A stretch of 64,000 bases of DNA from Dehalococcoidia bacterium (GTDB lineage Bacteria > Chloroflexota > Dehalococcoidia > SM23-28-2 > RBG-16-64-32): NCBI GenBank assembly GCA_030649945.1, contig JAUSFE010000040.1:26266-90265 (forward strand), read 5' to 3'. A program made the position numbers and the translations under genes. Shown here one piece after another: positions 19,241 to 28,044 of the stretch; positions within the stretch are counted from its first letter, which is position 1, and each line of letters opens with the position of its first letter. The notes beneath the pieces are model-generated. The model saw only the letters and a list, made by a program, of their open reading frames with translations, searched no databases and was not told the origin of the DNA.

Positions 19241-20767
19241 CTACCATCCGACCCAGCTCAGTCCCAGATAGTGGTGCCTGTCGAACTGGTAGATCCAGAC
19301 CACGCCCCAGAGGTTCACGATGACGCTGGCGACAATCATTAGCTTGTGGTGCCACTTCAGGTCATCGCCCATGCCCTTCACCGTCAGCAGGAAGAGGAAG
19401 GGCATGAAGTCCAGGCCAAAGCGATAGCCGAACTGCGCGAAACCGGTGCCGGCGAACGTGAACAGCATAAGGGCCACCGGCAGCAGGCCCGCCCAGCAGG
19501 CCAGCACGAACTTGTCGTGGCGGCCGGTGTAGATGGCCATGGCGATGAGGGCGTAGAAGGGGAGCAGGTTCAGCTGGTGCTGGAACTGGTAGGTGTGCCA
19601 GCCCTCGGCATCCTGGGCTGCGCGGAGCAGCCACTGGGGCGCTCCAGCTTCAAGGGCGAGGTCGCCCCAGACGCGCGCCGTCGCCTTGGAGATGATGATC
19701 CCCGTCGTCACCAGGATCACCAGCCAGCCCGCCGCTGCCACCCGCCTGTCCTTGACGCCCGCAAACAGCGCGTAGAAGAAGGCCGGCGTCGTGGCCCAGA
19801 GCGCCATCCCGCCCCAGGAAGGCAGCACGTAAGGCGCTTCCATTCGGATTATCGGCATGTTCTGGAGCATCACCGCCGTGTGCCGCGGGATGTAGCGATA
19901 GTCGAAGGGCCCGTGGTTGAACCAGGGCTGCGCCAGCACACTCTCCGGCAGCAGGTGCTGGCTGGCGTCCAGGGGCGTGCCGAAGCGCAGGTAGTTGTAG
20001 ATAAAGCTCAGCACAAGGAAGATCCCCAGGCCTGCGCCCAGCGCCATCAGCGGCCGGATGTTCAGCCTCTCCCGCAGCGACTTGCCCGCCGCCGGCGGCA
20101 GCCAGAGGTCAGAGAACATGATGACGAAGAACGGCAGCGCAAGCACCGTGGGCTGACGGCTCCAGTAGGCCGCCCCCAGGCAGAGGCCAGCCCAGAAGGG
20201 GCGCCGGTCCTTTATCGTGAAGTAGATGGCCGCGAACAGGAAGAGCACCGCCACAGTGTGCGAGAAGAACCACACACCCCCGTTGGCCGCGGCGTACCAG
20301 TACACCGTGCCGAACAGGAACAGTACCGTCAGCCAGACCTGAGTGGTGATCCTCCTCGTGACGCTCCCGACGACGGTGCTGACCACGGAGGCGTTGACGG
20401 CGCCGATGACCACGGAGACCAGCGTCTGGTTCAGCGCCAGGCCGAAGAGGATGACCCCGGGCAGCATCACGATGGCCGGCCACGGCGGCGGGATGACGTA
20501 GTACTTGCCGTCGTGGAGGATGAGCTCCAGGTAAGTCAGGTTTTCGGCCAGGTTGACCCGGCCGTGGAGGAAAGCGTCCGCCTGGCGCACGAAGTTGTTG
20601 TAGGGAGTGGCGGGCGCGCCCAGGAGGCGGTACACCAGGAAGGTGACGATGAAGAAGGCGCCGGCCACGATGAGGGCCCGGTGACGCGTGAGGAAGGCCC
20701 GGAGCGCCTCCGGCCAGAGGCCCACCCAGAACTCTAACGCCCTATCCCTTACGCTCGCTCGCTCCAT
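19241..20767 (-). CDS. Polytopic membrane protein, probable GT-C glycosyltransferase
   Basis: Many TM helices, YNYLRFGTPLD and QFGYRFGLDF motifs, co-oriented with the DPM-like GT2. Confidence 0.7.
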   Translation of the reverse strand: MERASVRDRALEFWVGLWPEALRAFLTRHRALIVAGAFFIVTFLVYRLLGAPATPYNNFVRQADAFLHGRVNLAENLTYLELILHDGKYYVIPPPWPAIVMLPGVILFGLALNQTLVSVVIGAVNASVVSTVVGSVTRRITTQVWLTVLFLFGTVYWYAAANGGVWFFSHTVAVLFLFAAIYFTIKDRRPFWAGLCLGAAYWSRQPTVLALPFFVIMFSDLWLPPAAGKSLRERLNIRPLMALGAGLGIFLVLSFIYNYLRFGTPLDASQHLLPESVLAQPWFNHGPFDYRYIPRHTAVMLQNMPIIRMEAPYVLPSWGGMALWATTPAFFYALFAGVKDRRVAAAGWLVILVTTGIIISKATARVWGDLALEAGAPQWLLRAAQDAEGWHTYQFQHQLNLLPFYALIAMAIYTGRHDKFVLACWAGLLPVALMLFTFAGTGFAQFGYRFGLDFMPFLFLLTVKGMGDDLKWHHKLMIVASVIVNLWGVVWIYQFDRHHYLGLSWVGW

Positions 20768-20939
20768 TTTCGACCCGCGCTAGACACACACAGTCACTAA
20801 ATTATAGAGGGCGGGAGATACAGACGCCATTGCGCCGCGCGCCGCTCCCGCCCGCTGTCCTGCAGGACGCGAAAGCGCCCGCGCCGGTTGCAGGCCCGCT
20901 GCGGGCACGAGCGTCACGCCTGGGCTGGCTGCTAGGCGA

Positions 20940-21163
20940 AAGGAGCGGAACCACGCCGTAGGGGCGCCGCTCGGGGACGGGGGTAGGGCGGGGGGTGCCG
21001 CGCCCTCAGCGCCACCCGTCGCACGAACATCCGCGTCGGGCGAACACGGGCCGCCGTAGGGGCGAGTGGCTCGCCCGCACCCCGCTCGGGAATGGGGGCA
21101 GGGCGGGGCCTGCCTGCCGGCAGGCCGGGGTGCCGCGCCCTCTGCGCCACCCGTCGCACGAAC
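20940..21163 (+). repeat. GTAG-REP-containing repeat, two tandem units (copy B)
   Basis: Direct repeat of 15794-16031; the second unit carries a CCTGCCTGCCGGCAGGC insert. Confidence 0.85.
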
Positions 21164-21442
21164 CAATCCCTGAGTTCTCGAAAAGTAAATGAGAACAGAG
21201 CAACGGTGAACTAACGGTGAAAAGGGCGCAGAGGTTCGGCAAAGCGCTTGACCGCCCGCGCCACACACCGGTAGTGTGGTTCTAGAGTAACAAAGCGAGT
21301 TGCTCCCACGAGCCAGCCCATCGGGAGGGTCCGGGCTAATCAACGAGGCCTACGCAAGGAGGCTGGCAGTGGAGAAACAGGATACTCATCGCTGCACCAG
21401 CGGCCTGCCTCCAGTTTGGGCCATGTAGTCGGAGGCACGGTT

Positions 21443-23251
21443 ATGGCTGGTTTCTTTGCTCGGAGCGCGACCTTCAAGAAGAGATGGCGCTGGCGGTGGT
21501 CGTTGCCACTGCTCGCCCTGGCGCTGGCGGCCCTCTTACTCTCGGGCAGCGGCGCCTTCTCTGCACCCGGCAACGTACACGAGTCCGTGTTCTCCTGGGC
21601 CCGGCAGCACCCGGGGCAGCAGGTGCCCGTCATCGTCCAGACCAACGGCGACAGCAGCGGGCTGGTCTCGAAGATCGCCGGCAGCGGCGGCGCCGTGGAG
21701 CGCGAGCTCGCCCTGGTGCAGGCGCTGGACGCCAGCATCCCGGCGGGGGAGATCGGCGCGATAGCGAGCGACCCGGCCGTCTCCTGGATCAGCCTGGACG
21801 CGCCGGTGGTCCCCACCGGGTTCGTGGATACAGGTAACCTGGCCAGCGCCTATCCCTTCGCCGTCAACGCGCCCGCCGTCTGGAACGCCGGCATCACCGG
21901 CAGTGGCCTGAGCGTGGCCGTGATCGATACGGGCATCTCGCCCCGCGGCCACGAGGACTTCAAGAACAGCGCTGGGAACTCTCGTGTCATAGCTCGGGTC
22001 GTGGTCAACGATACTACCAGCAACGTCACCGACGGGTACGGCCACGGTACCCATGTGGCTGGCATCGTCGGCGGGGACGGCAGCCTGCTGGCGAGCAAGT
22101 ACGTGGGGATCGCTCCCGAAGTGAACCTTATCAATGTCAAGGTGGCCGGTGAGGACGGCAGCGCTACCCTGGCTGATGTCGTCGCCGGGCTGGAGTGGGT
22201 CTTCGAGAACAAGGAAGCCTACAACATCCGCGTAGTCAACCTCTCGCTTCACTCGTCGGTTGCCCAGAGCTACACCGTGGACCCGCTGGATGCAGCGGTG
22301 GAGTTCCTCTGGTTCAACGACGTGGTGGTGGTGGTAGCCGCGGGCAACTCGGGCGACGCCGCCGATGCCGTCCACTACCCGCCCGCCAACGACCCCTTCG
22401 TGATCACGGTCGGCGCTTTCGGCGATCAAGGGACGCCGGACTTCGGCGACGATACTCTGGCGCCGTGGTCCGGTCGCGGCACCACCCAGGACGGCTTCGC
22501 CAAGCCGGAGGTGGTGGCGCCCGGCCGCAACATCGTATCGGTCATAGACTCCAACAGCATCCTGTACAAGACCTACCCGGACAAAGTCGTCGACAAGGAC
22601 TACTTCCGTCTCAGCGGCACCTCTATGGCGGCGGGCGTCGTGTCGGGCGTGGCCGCTTTGGTGCGACAGGCCCACCCGGAGTGGACGACCGAGCAAGTGA
22701 AATGCACCGTTACGGCGCAGGGCCGCAACCTCAGCGCCGGGGACGGCGTGGTACCCGATGTCGCCAGACTCGTCGCTGCAATCGCACCGGCGACGGGCTG
22801 CAACGACGGCGTTACGCCGAACTTCCTCCTCTCGCAGGCGCCCATCGTGCAGGTCGGCGTGGTGGCCTACGTCCTCGGCTCGGACGATCCGGTCGCTGAG
22901 GCCGCTGCGGTCGGCCTCGATCTCGATGCCGTCGGTCGTCCCGGCACCACGCTCGACACGGTTGACTGGTCGGCTATCAAGTGGTCTGCCATCAAGTGGA
23001 GCGCGATTAAATGGAGCGCCATCGAGTGGTCGGCCATCAAATGGTCAGCCATCAAGTGGTCGGCCATCGATTTCGACGCCATCAAGTGGTCCTCTGACGT
23101 CAACTTCGACGCCATCAAGTGGTCGGCAATCAAGTGGTCTGCGATCAAGTGGAGCGCGATCAAATGGTCGGCCATCAAGTGGAGCGGCGGCACTGTCGAC
23201 TTCGATGCGATCAAGTGGTCGGCCATCAAATGGTCCGTTTTCCCCGAGTAA
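21443..23251 (+). CDS. Secreted S8 (subtilisin/AprX-like) serine peptidase with C-terminal SAIKW repeat tail
   Basis: GGAGG RBS; signal peptide and prodomain; triad VIDTG / HGTHVAG / GTSMA; oxyanion AAGN. Confidence 0.95.
   Translation: MAGFFARSATFKKRWRWRWSLPLLALALAALLLSGSGAFSAPGNVHESVFSWARQHPGQQVPVIVQTNGDSSGLVSKIAGSGGAVERELALVQALDASIPAGEIGAIASDPAVSWISLDAPVVPTGFVDTGNLASAYPFAVNAPAVWNAGITGSGLSVAVIDTGISPRGHEDFKNSAGNSRVIARVVVNDTTSNVTDGYGHGTHVAGIVGGDGSLLASKYVGIAPEVNLINVKVAGEDGSATLADVVAGLEWVFENKEAYNIRVVNLSLHSSVAQSYTVDPLDAAVEFLWFNDVVVVVAAGNSGDAADAVHYPPANDPFVITVGAFGDQGTPDFGDDTLAPWSGRGTTQDGFAKPEVVAPGRNIVSVIDSNSILYKTYPDKVVDKDYFRLSGTSMAAGVVSGVAALVRQAHPEWTTEQVKCTVTAQGRNLSAGDGVVPDVARLVAAIAPATGCNDGVTPNFLLSQAPIVQVGVVAYVLGSDDPVAEAAAVGLDLDAVGRPGTTLDTVDWSAIKWSAIKWSAIKWSAIEWSAIKWSAIKWSAIDFDAIKWSSDVNFDAIKWSAIKWSAIKWSAIKWSAIKWSGGTVDFDAIKWSAIKWSVFPE
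22961..23248 (+). repeat. Coding 15-nt repeat array: 10x SAIKW, 1x SAIEW, 3x DAIKW
   Basis: Counted from the translation; codons vary synonymously between units. Confidence 0.97.
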
Positions 23252-23360
23252 CGGCGGCTCCGATTCTCAAAAGTCCGATCACGTTGAGTCGGACATATTC
23301 GACGACGACCACTAGCAGAGTTGTTACTAAGCGGTGGATGCAAGCGTCATAAGTTGAGGA

Positions 23361-24917
23361 ATGGCTAAGATGCAGAGATTCGGGATCGTCGCTCAGCAGG
23401 GGTTCATCCTGCCCCGGCAGAGCGCGTCGGCGGGCGGGAACCCGGCCCCCAGCGACGCTGACAGCCGTCCGCCTCAGGCGGGCGGCGGCACGCGCCCCAG
23501 CGCCACCCTCTGGCTGCTGATCGCCCTCGTCACGGCGGCCGGAGCGGCCCTCGCCATCCGCGGCGCCTTGCTGCCCGGTGGGGTGGACTGGCAGGTGCTC
23601 GCCGTCCTGGCAGCCCTGGCCGTGATCGCAGAGCGCACAGACCTGAGCCTCTACGGCGACAGCCGCGTCTCGCTGGCCTTCGTGCCCATCTTCGCCTCGC
23701 TGATCCTGGCGGGGCTCACAGGCCTCGCCATCGTGGTCACCGTGGCCATGCTGGCCTCGGCCCTCAACCGGCCGCTTTACAAGACGGCGTTCAACTTCGG
23801 CACGCTCATGATCGCCGGGGCCGCTTCCAGTCTCATTTTCCCGGCCTTCGGCGACACAGAGCACGGCTACAACTGGGCCAGGGTACTGGCCGTCACGCTG
23901 GTCGCCGGCGGCATCAACTTCGCCGCCAACAGCGTTCTCGTGGCCATCGCCATCGCCATCAACGGCCGCTCCCGGGTCAGGACAGTATGGGCGGAGCACT
24001 TCCTCTGGCTCTGGCCGCACTACCTGGTGCTTTCCGTCCTGGCCCTCGCCATCGTAGCGGCCTACGAGGCTATGGGCCTCTGGGGCATCGCCGTCTTCCT
24101 GGCGCCGCCGCTGATGATGCGGCTGTCCATCAAGCAGTACCTGGACCGCACGACCGGCAGCGTGCTGGAGCTGCGCGAGGCGCACGGCAAGCTGCAGTCC
24201 GCGCACGCGCAACTGACCGCCGCCATGACCAGCCTGGGCAGCGCCTACGACGGCACCCTGCGCTCTCTCGTCGCCGCCCTCGACGCGCGCGACAGCGAGA
24301 CCGCCGGCCACTCCGAGCGCGTGGCCGACCTGACCATGGCCATCGCCACCGAGATGGGGTTCGAGCCGGACACGGAGCCGTGGCGGAACCTCTCCTGGGG
24401 CGCCCTCCTCCACGATGTCGGCAAGATCGCCATCCCGGACGGCATCCTGCGCAAGCCCGGCCACCTGACCGAGACGGAGTGGGACGCCATGCGCACCCAC
24501 CCGCACGCGGGGTTCGAGATCCTCAAGTCGGTCGACTTCCTGGCTCCGGCCGCAGACATCGTCCTCGCCCACCACGAGCGGTACGACGGCAAGGGCTACC
24601 CACACGGCCTGACCGCGGAGGAGATCCCGCTGGGCGCCCGCGTCTTCATGATCGCCGACGCCTTTGACGCCATGACCTCCGACCGCACCTACAGGACCGC
24701 CATGGCGGCGGAGGAGGCGCTGGCGGAGATCCTGCGGCACAGCGGCACCCAGTTCGATCCCATCTGCGTCATGGGCTTCCTCAGCGTCTACCGCAGGCGC
24801 TTTGTGGGCGCCGGACAGCGCGTCCAGGCTCATCCCCGGCGCACTACTGAGCCGCGCCTGAGCGAGGCGCTGGAGCGGGCCATCCTGGAAGCGGCCGGAC
24901 TGGACAGGGCCTCCTGA
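23361..24917 (+). CDS. Membrane-sensor HD-GYP cyclic-dinucleotide phosphodiesterase
   Basis: Multi-TM N-terminal domain, coiled linker, GHSERV, LLHDVGK, HHERYDGKGYP, IADAFDAM. Confidence 0.93.
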   Translation: MAKMQRFGIVAQQGFILPRQSASAGGNPAPSDADSRPPQAGGGTRPSATLWLLIALVTAAGAALAIRGALLPGGVDWQVLAVLAALAVIAERTDLSLYGDSRVSLAFVPIFASLILAGLTGLAIVVTVAMLASALNRPLYKTAFNFGTLMIAGAASSLIFPAFGDTEHGYNWARVLAVTLVAGGINFAANSVLVAIAIAINGRSRVRTVWAEHFLWLWPHYLVLSVLALAIVAAYEAMGLWGIAVFLAPPLMMRLSIKQYLDRTTGSVLELREAHGKLQSAHAQLTAAMTSLGSAYDGTLRSLVAALDARDSETAGHSERVADLTMAIATEMGFEPDTEPWRNLSWGALLHDVGKIAIPDGILRKPGHLTETEWDAMRTHPHAGFEILKSVDFLAPAADIVLAHHERYDGKGYPHGLTAEEIPLGARVFMIADAFDAMTSDRTYRTAMAAEEALAEILRHSGTQFDPICVMGFLSVYRRRFVGAGQRVQAHPRRTTEPRLSEALERAILEAAGLDRAS

Positions 24918-25618
24918 TGAGCCGGAACATTGCGCTCCAGCTCCTGATAGCAGGCGTGGCGGCGCTCGGCCTCGGCGTCTTCGCCGGCGGCTACCTTGAC
25001 TGGCACCACGAGGACGTAGTCCTGCTGATCACGCTGGTGGCCATCGCCGTAGCCAGCGAGCTGTTCGACTTTGCACCCTTCCCTCACAGCCGCATCTCGC
25101 TGACCATAGCGCCGATCCTGGCGGCCGCCACCTTTTGCGGCCTCCCCGGCGTGGTGGTCGTCGCCGGCAGCGCCGCCGCCGCCGACTACGTGGCCCATCG
25201 CAAGCCGCTTTTCAAGGGCGTCTTCAACCTCGGGGTGCTGCTGCTCACCGGCGCCGCTCACGTCGGCGTCCTTGAGACGCTGGCATCGGCAGGTAGCCTG
25301 CGCGACTGGGACGGTCTGATTGGTCCCGTGATCCTGGGCAGCCTTGCGGCCTTCGCGGTGAACTCCGCGCTGGTCGCGGCGGCCATCGGCCTGCACACCG
25401 CGCGGCCCCCGCTCACCGTCTGGAACGAATCCTTCCGCTGGATGGCCCCGTACTACGTCACCATGGGCGTCCTGGCGCTCTTCATCGCCGTTGCTTACGA
25501 CCGCTGGGAGCTCTGGGGCCTGGCGCTGCTCATGGCGCCGCTCGCCGTGGCCTGGCTGGCAGTGAAGCAGTACGTAGGACTGGCCTCTCCGGTACGCGCC
25601 GCCGCACAGAAGCCCTAG
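24917..25618 (+). CDS. Stand-alone membrane sensor domain, paralogue of the HD-GYP N-terminus
   Basis: TGATG overlap; shared SR(V/I)SL, (R/K)PL(Y/F)K..FN(F/L)G, FA.NS.LVA.AI, TVW.E.F.W..P.Y, LWG, KQY. Confidence 0.85.
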   Translation: MSRNIALQLLIAGVAALGLGVFAGGYLDWHHEDVVLLITLVAIAVASELFDFAPFPHSRISLTIAPILAAATFCGLPGVVVVAGSAAAADYVAHRKPLFKGVFNLGVLLLTGAAHVGVLETLASAGSLRDWDGLIGPVILGSLAAFAVNSALVAAAIGLHTARPPLTVWNESFRWMAPYYVTMGVLALFIAVAYDRWELWGLALLMAPLAVAWLAVKQYVGLASPVRAAAQKP

Positions 25619-25775
25619 ACTGCGGAAAGCCTTCACACATTCGGTCCCGGGGATGCGCTCTCAATGCGATATTACGATCACGATGGGCGCGCTACAGAGA
25701 AGCCGTAGGCGGAGGGTCCCCGCAACCCGCGCCTAACCCCTTCTCCAGCCGTGCTATAATCCCCGCCGTACTGCG

Positions 25776-26387
25776 ATGACCGTTCCCCGCTGGCGACTGA
25801 GTGTTGAGCACCTCATGGCGTGCAACTGCAACTACGGCTGCCCGTGCTCCTTTGAGGCGCCGCCGACCTTCGGCAGTTGCGAGGCTTCCGGAGCCTTCCG
25901 CATCGCCCGGGGCGACTACGGCGGCCTGAGCCTGGACGGCCTTCTCTGGGCCCACGCTTCGCTCTGGCCGGGCCCCCTGCACGAGCGCAACGGCCGCAGC
26001 ATCATCTACCTGGACGCCCAGGCGACGCCGGAACAGCGCGCGGCGCTGGCAGAGATCGCCTGCGGCCGCGCGGGCGGGCCCATCGGCGTGTTCATGAGCA
26101 CCGTGACCGCCGGGATCGAGGTCCGGGTCGCGCCCATCCAGTTCCATTTCGCGGGCAAGGACAGCTGGTACCGCGTTGGCGATGAGGTGGATGTTGCGCT
26201 GGAGGCCATCCGCAACCCGGTAACCGGCGAGGAGCACCAGGCTGCGGCCCTCCTGCCCACCGGCATGATGACCACAAAAGAAGACTTCTACGCCACGCGG
26301 CGCTTCCGCGTCCGCGCCGGCGACTTCGACTTCGACTACCCGGCGCGCAACGCCCTCGCCTTCGCCCACACCTGGGCCGGGCCCTGA
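25776..26387 (+). CDS. DUF1326-family protein
   Basis: ACNCNYGCPC..PTFGSC metal-binding start, ATPEQRAAL. Confidence 0.85.
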   Translation: MTVPRWRLSVEHLMACNCNYGCPCSFEAPPTFGSCEASGAFRIARGDYGGLSLDGLLWAHASLWPGPLHERNGRSIIYLDAQATPEQRAALAEIACGRAGGPIGVFMSTVTAGIEVRVAPIQFHFAGKDSWYRVGDEVDVALEAIRNPVTGEEHQAAALLPTGMMTTKEDFYATRRFRVRAGDFDFDYPARNALAFAHTWAGP

Positions 26388-26407
26388 CCTGATATAATCG
26401 CCCCGCC

Positions 26408-27784
26408 ATGCCTGAGGTCACGCTCCCGTACGGCGATTCGACCGTGCGCGCGGAGCTGCCGGAGCGCGCCGTGCTCGTCGGCGGCGGCGACGGCGGGCCC
26501 CACCTGCAGCCGGTTGCCGGCCAGGAAACGGCCGTGCGAGACGCCCTCGCGAAGCCGCTGGGGCTGCCACGAATCGGGCAGCTGGTGAGGCCCGGCAACC
26601 GCGTCCTGATCGCCTTCGACGACCCCACCGCGCCTTCGTTCGGGCCTGTGCGCCGCCTCGCCATCGAGGGGGTGCTCGAGGAGCTGCGCGCCGCGGGCGT
26701 GCCGGAAGAGAACGTCAACCTGGTCTGCGCCAACGCCCTCCACCGCAAGTGGACGCGCGAGGAGCTGGCCCGCATCCTCGGCCCGGAGCTCGTACAGGGC
26801 TTCGGCGAGCGACTACAGTGCCACGACGCCGAGGATGCGGACAACATCGTCAGCCTGGGCAAGACGGCGTCCGGCTACGACGTGGACGTGCACCGCCTGG
26901 TGGCCGAGTCCGACCTCACGGTCTACGTCAACGCCGCCTGTCACCTGGGCTTCAACGGCGGCTGGAAGTCTGTGGCGGTGGGCCTGTCCACCTGGCGCTC
27001 CATCCGCTGGACGCACACCCCGGACGGCATGTCCATGTCCGTCCGCAGCAACCGTATGCACGCCGTCTTCGAGGAGCAGGGGCGCCACATCGAGCAGGCG
27101 CTGGGCAGGCGCATCTTCAAATTCGAGACCGTCCTCGCCACCCCGGCCGCCATCGGCCGCTGCTGGGCGGGGGGCGTCGACGAATGCCGGGCGGCGGCCC
27201 TGGACCTGCTCGCCTCCATGCACCCGCCGCGGCGCTCGCAGGCCCGCGAGCCCGCCGATATCGTCGTCTACGGCGTCCCGAACTGGAGCCCCTACGCCAC
27301 GTTCGCGCAGATGAACCCCATCCTCACGCTGATCTCGTCCGCGCTCGGCTACCTGGGCGGCTACATCGAGGCGCTGGGCAAGCCCGGCTGCTCCGTGATC
27401 ATCGCCACGCCGTGTCCGGAGCAGTGGGACATGGAGCACCACCCTTCGTACAAGGAGGTCTGGGAGCGCGTGCTGCCCGCCACGAAGGACCCGTACGAGA
27501 TCACGGAGCGCTTCGGCGAGGAGTTCGCGGGCCGCCGCGACTACATCGACCAGTACCGTTTCGGCGTCGCCTTCCACCCCATCCACGGCATCCTGGCCAC
27601 CCACCCCCTGAAGCGCCTGAAGCACGCCGCGCGCGTCTACGTGGCCGGCCCCGACGACCCGGCCGTGCCCCGGCACGCCGGCTTCATCCCGGCCAACAGC
27701 GTCGAAGATGCGCTGGCGGACGCCCTCCAGCGCCACGGCCCGGACGCCTCCATCGCCGTCGTCCGCAACCCCCAGGGGGTGTAA
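26408..27784 (+). CDS. Lactate racemase-domain (LarA/DUF2088-like) protein
   Basis: LPYGD, IAFDDPT, ANALHR, HDAED, FNGGWKS. Confidence 0.8.
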   Translation: MPEVTLPYGDSTVRAELPERAVLVGGGDGGPHLQPVAGQETAVRDALAKPLGLPRIGQLVRPGNRVLIAFDDPTAPSFGPVRRLAIEGVLEELRAAGVPEENVNLVCANALHRKWTREELARILGPELVQGFGERLQCHDAEDADNIVSLGKTASGYDVDVHRLVAESDLTVYVNAACHLGFNGGWKSVAVGLSTWRSIRWTHTPDGMSMSVRSNRMHAVFEEQGRHIEQALGRRIFKFETVLATPAAIGRCWAGGVDECRAAALDLLASMHPPRRSQAREPADIVVYGVPNWSPYATFAQMNPILTLISSALGYLGGYIEALGKPGCSVIIATPCPEQWDMEHHPSYKEVWERVLPATKDPYEITERFGEEFAGRRDYIDQYRFGVAFHPIHGILATHPLKRLKHAARVYVAGPDDPAVPRHAGFIPANSVEDALADALQRHGPDASIAVVRNPQGV

Positions 27785-28038
27785 TGTACCGTCTCCAAAC
27801 TACCTTGACTGTACCCCGTGGTACGTTGAGCCTGCCTGCGGTAGGCGGGCGCGGCGCCTTCCCGTCCGTCATCCTGAGCGCGACGACAGCTGCCACGTGG
27901 CTCTGCGCAGCTTCGCGAAGGGATCTGGGGTGGGGCAGACCTGCGAGCGAGGGACGATAGCGCGCCCGAACCCCTCGTGTACCATCTCTCACTTCAAGGG
28001 TGCGCCGTGGTAAGGCTGTTCTTGAGACACTACACTAG
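27782..28038. mobile_element. MITE-like repeat, copy 2, with imperfect terminal inverted repeats
   Basis: TAATGTACCGTCTCCAA ... TTGAGACACTACACTAG ends; body colinear with 10202-10508. Confidence 0.7.
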
Positions 28039-28044
28039 GAACTC

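Noticed and set aside
22961..23248. Classical pentapeptide-repeat (Qnr/MfpA, A[D/N]Lxx) protein
   Set aside because: The consensus differs: Trp/Lys-containing units on a protease tail.
22867..23343. Minus-strand ORF with DHLMA/DHLIA repeats
   Set aside because: Antisense shadow of the SAIKW array; the variable positions are synonymous on the plus strand.
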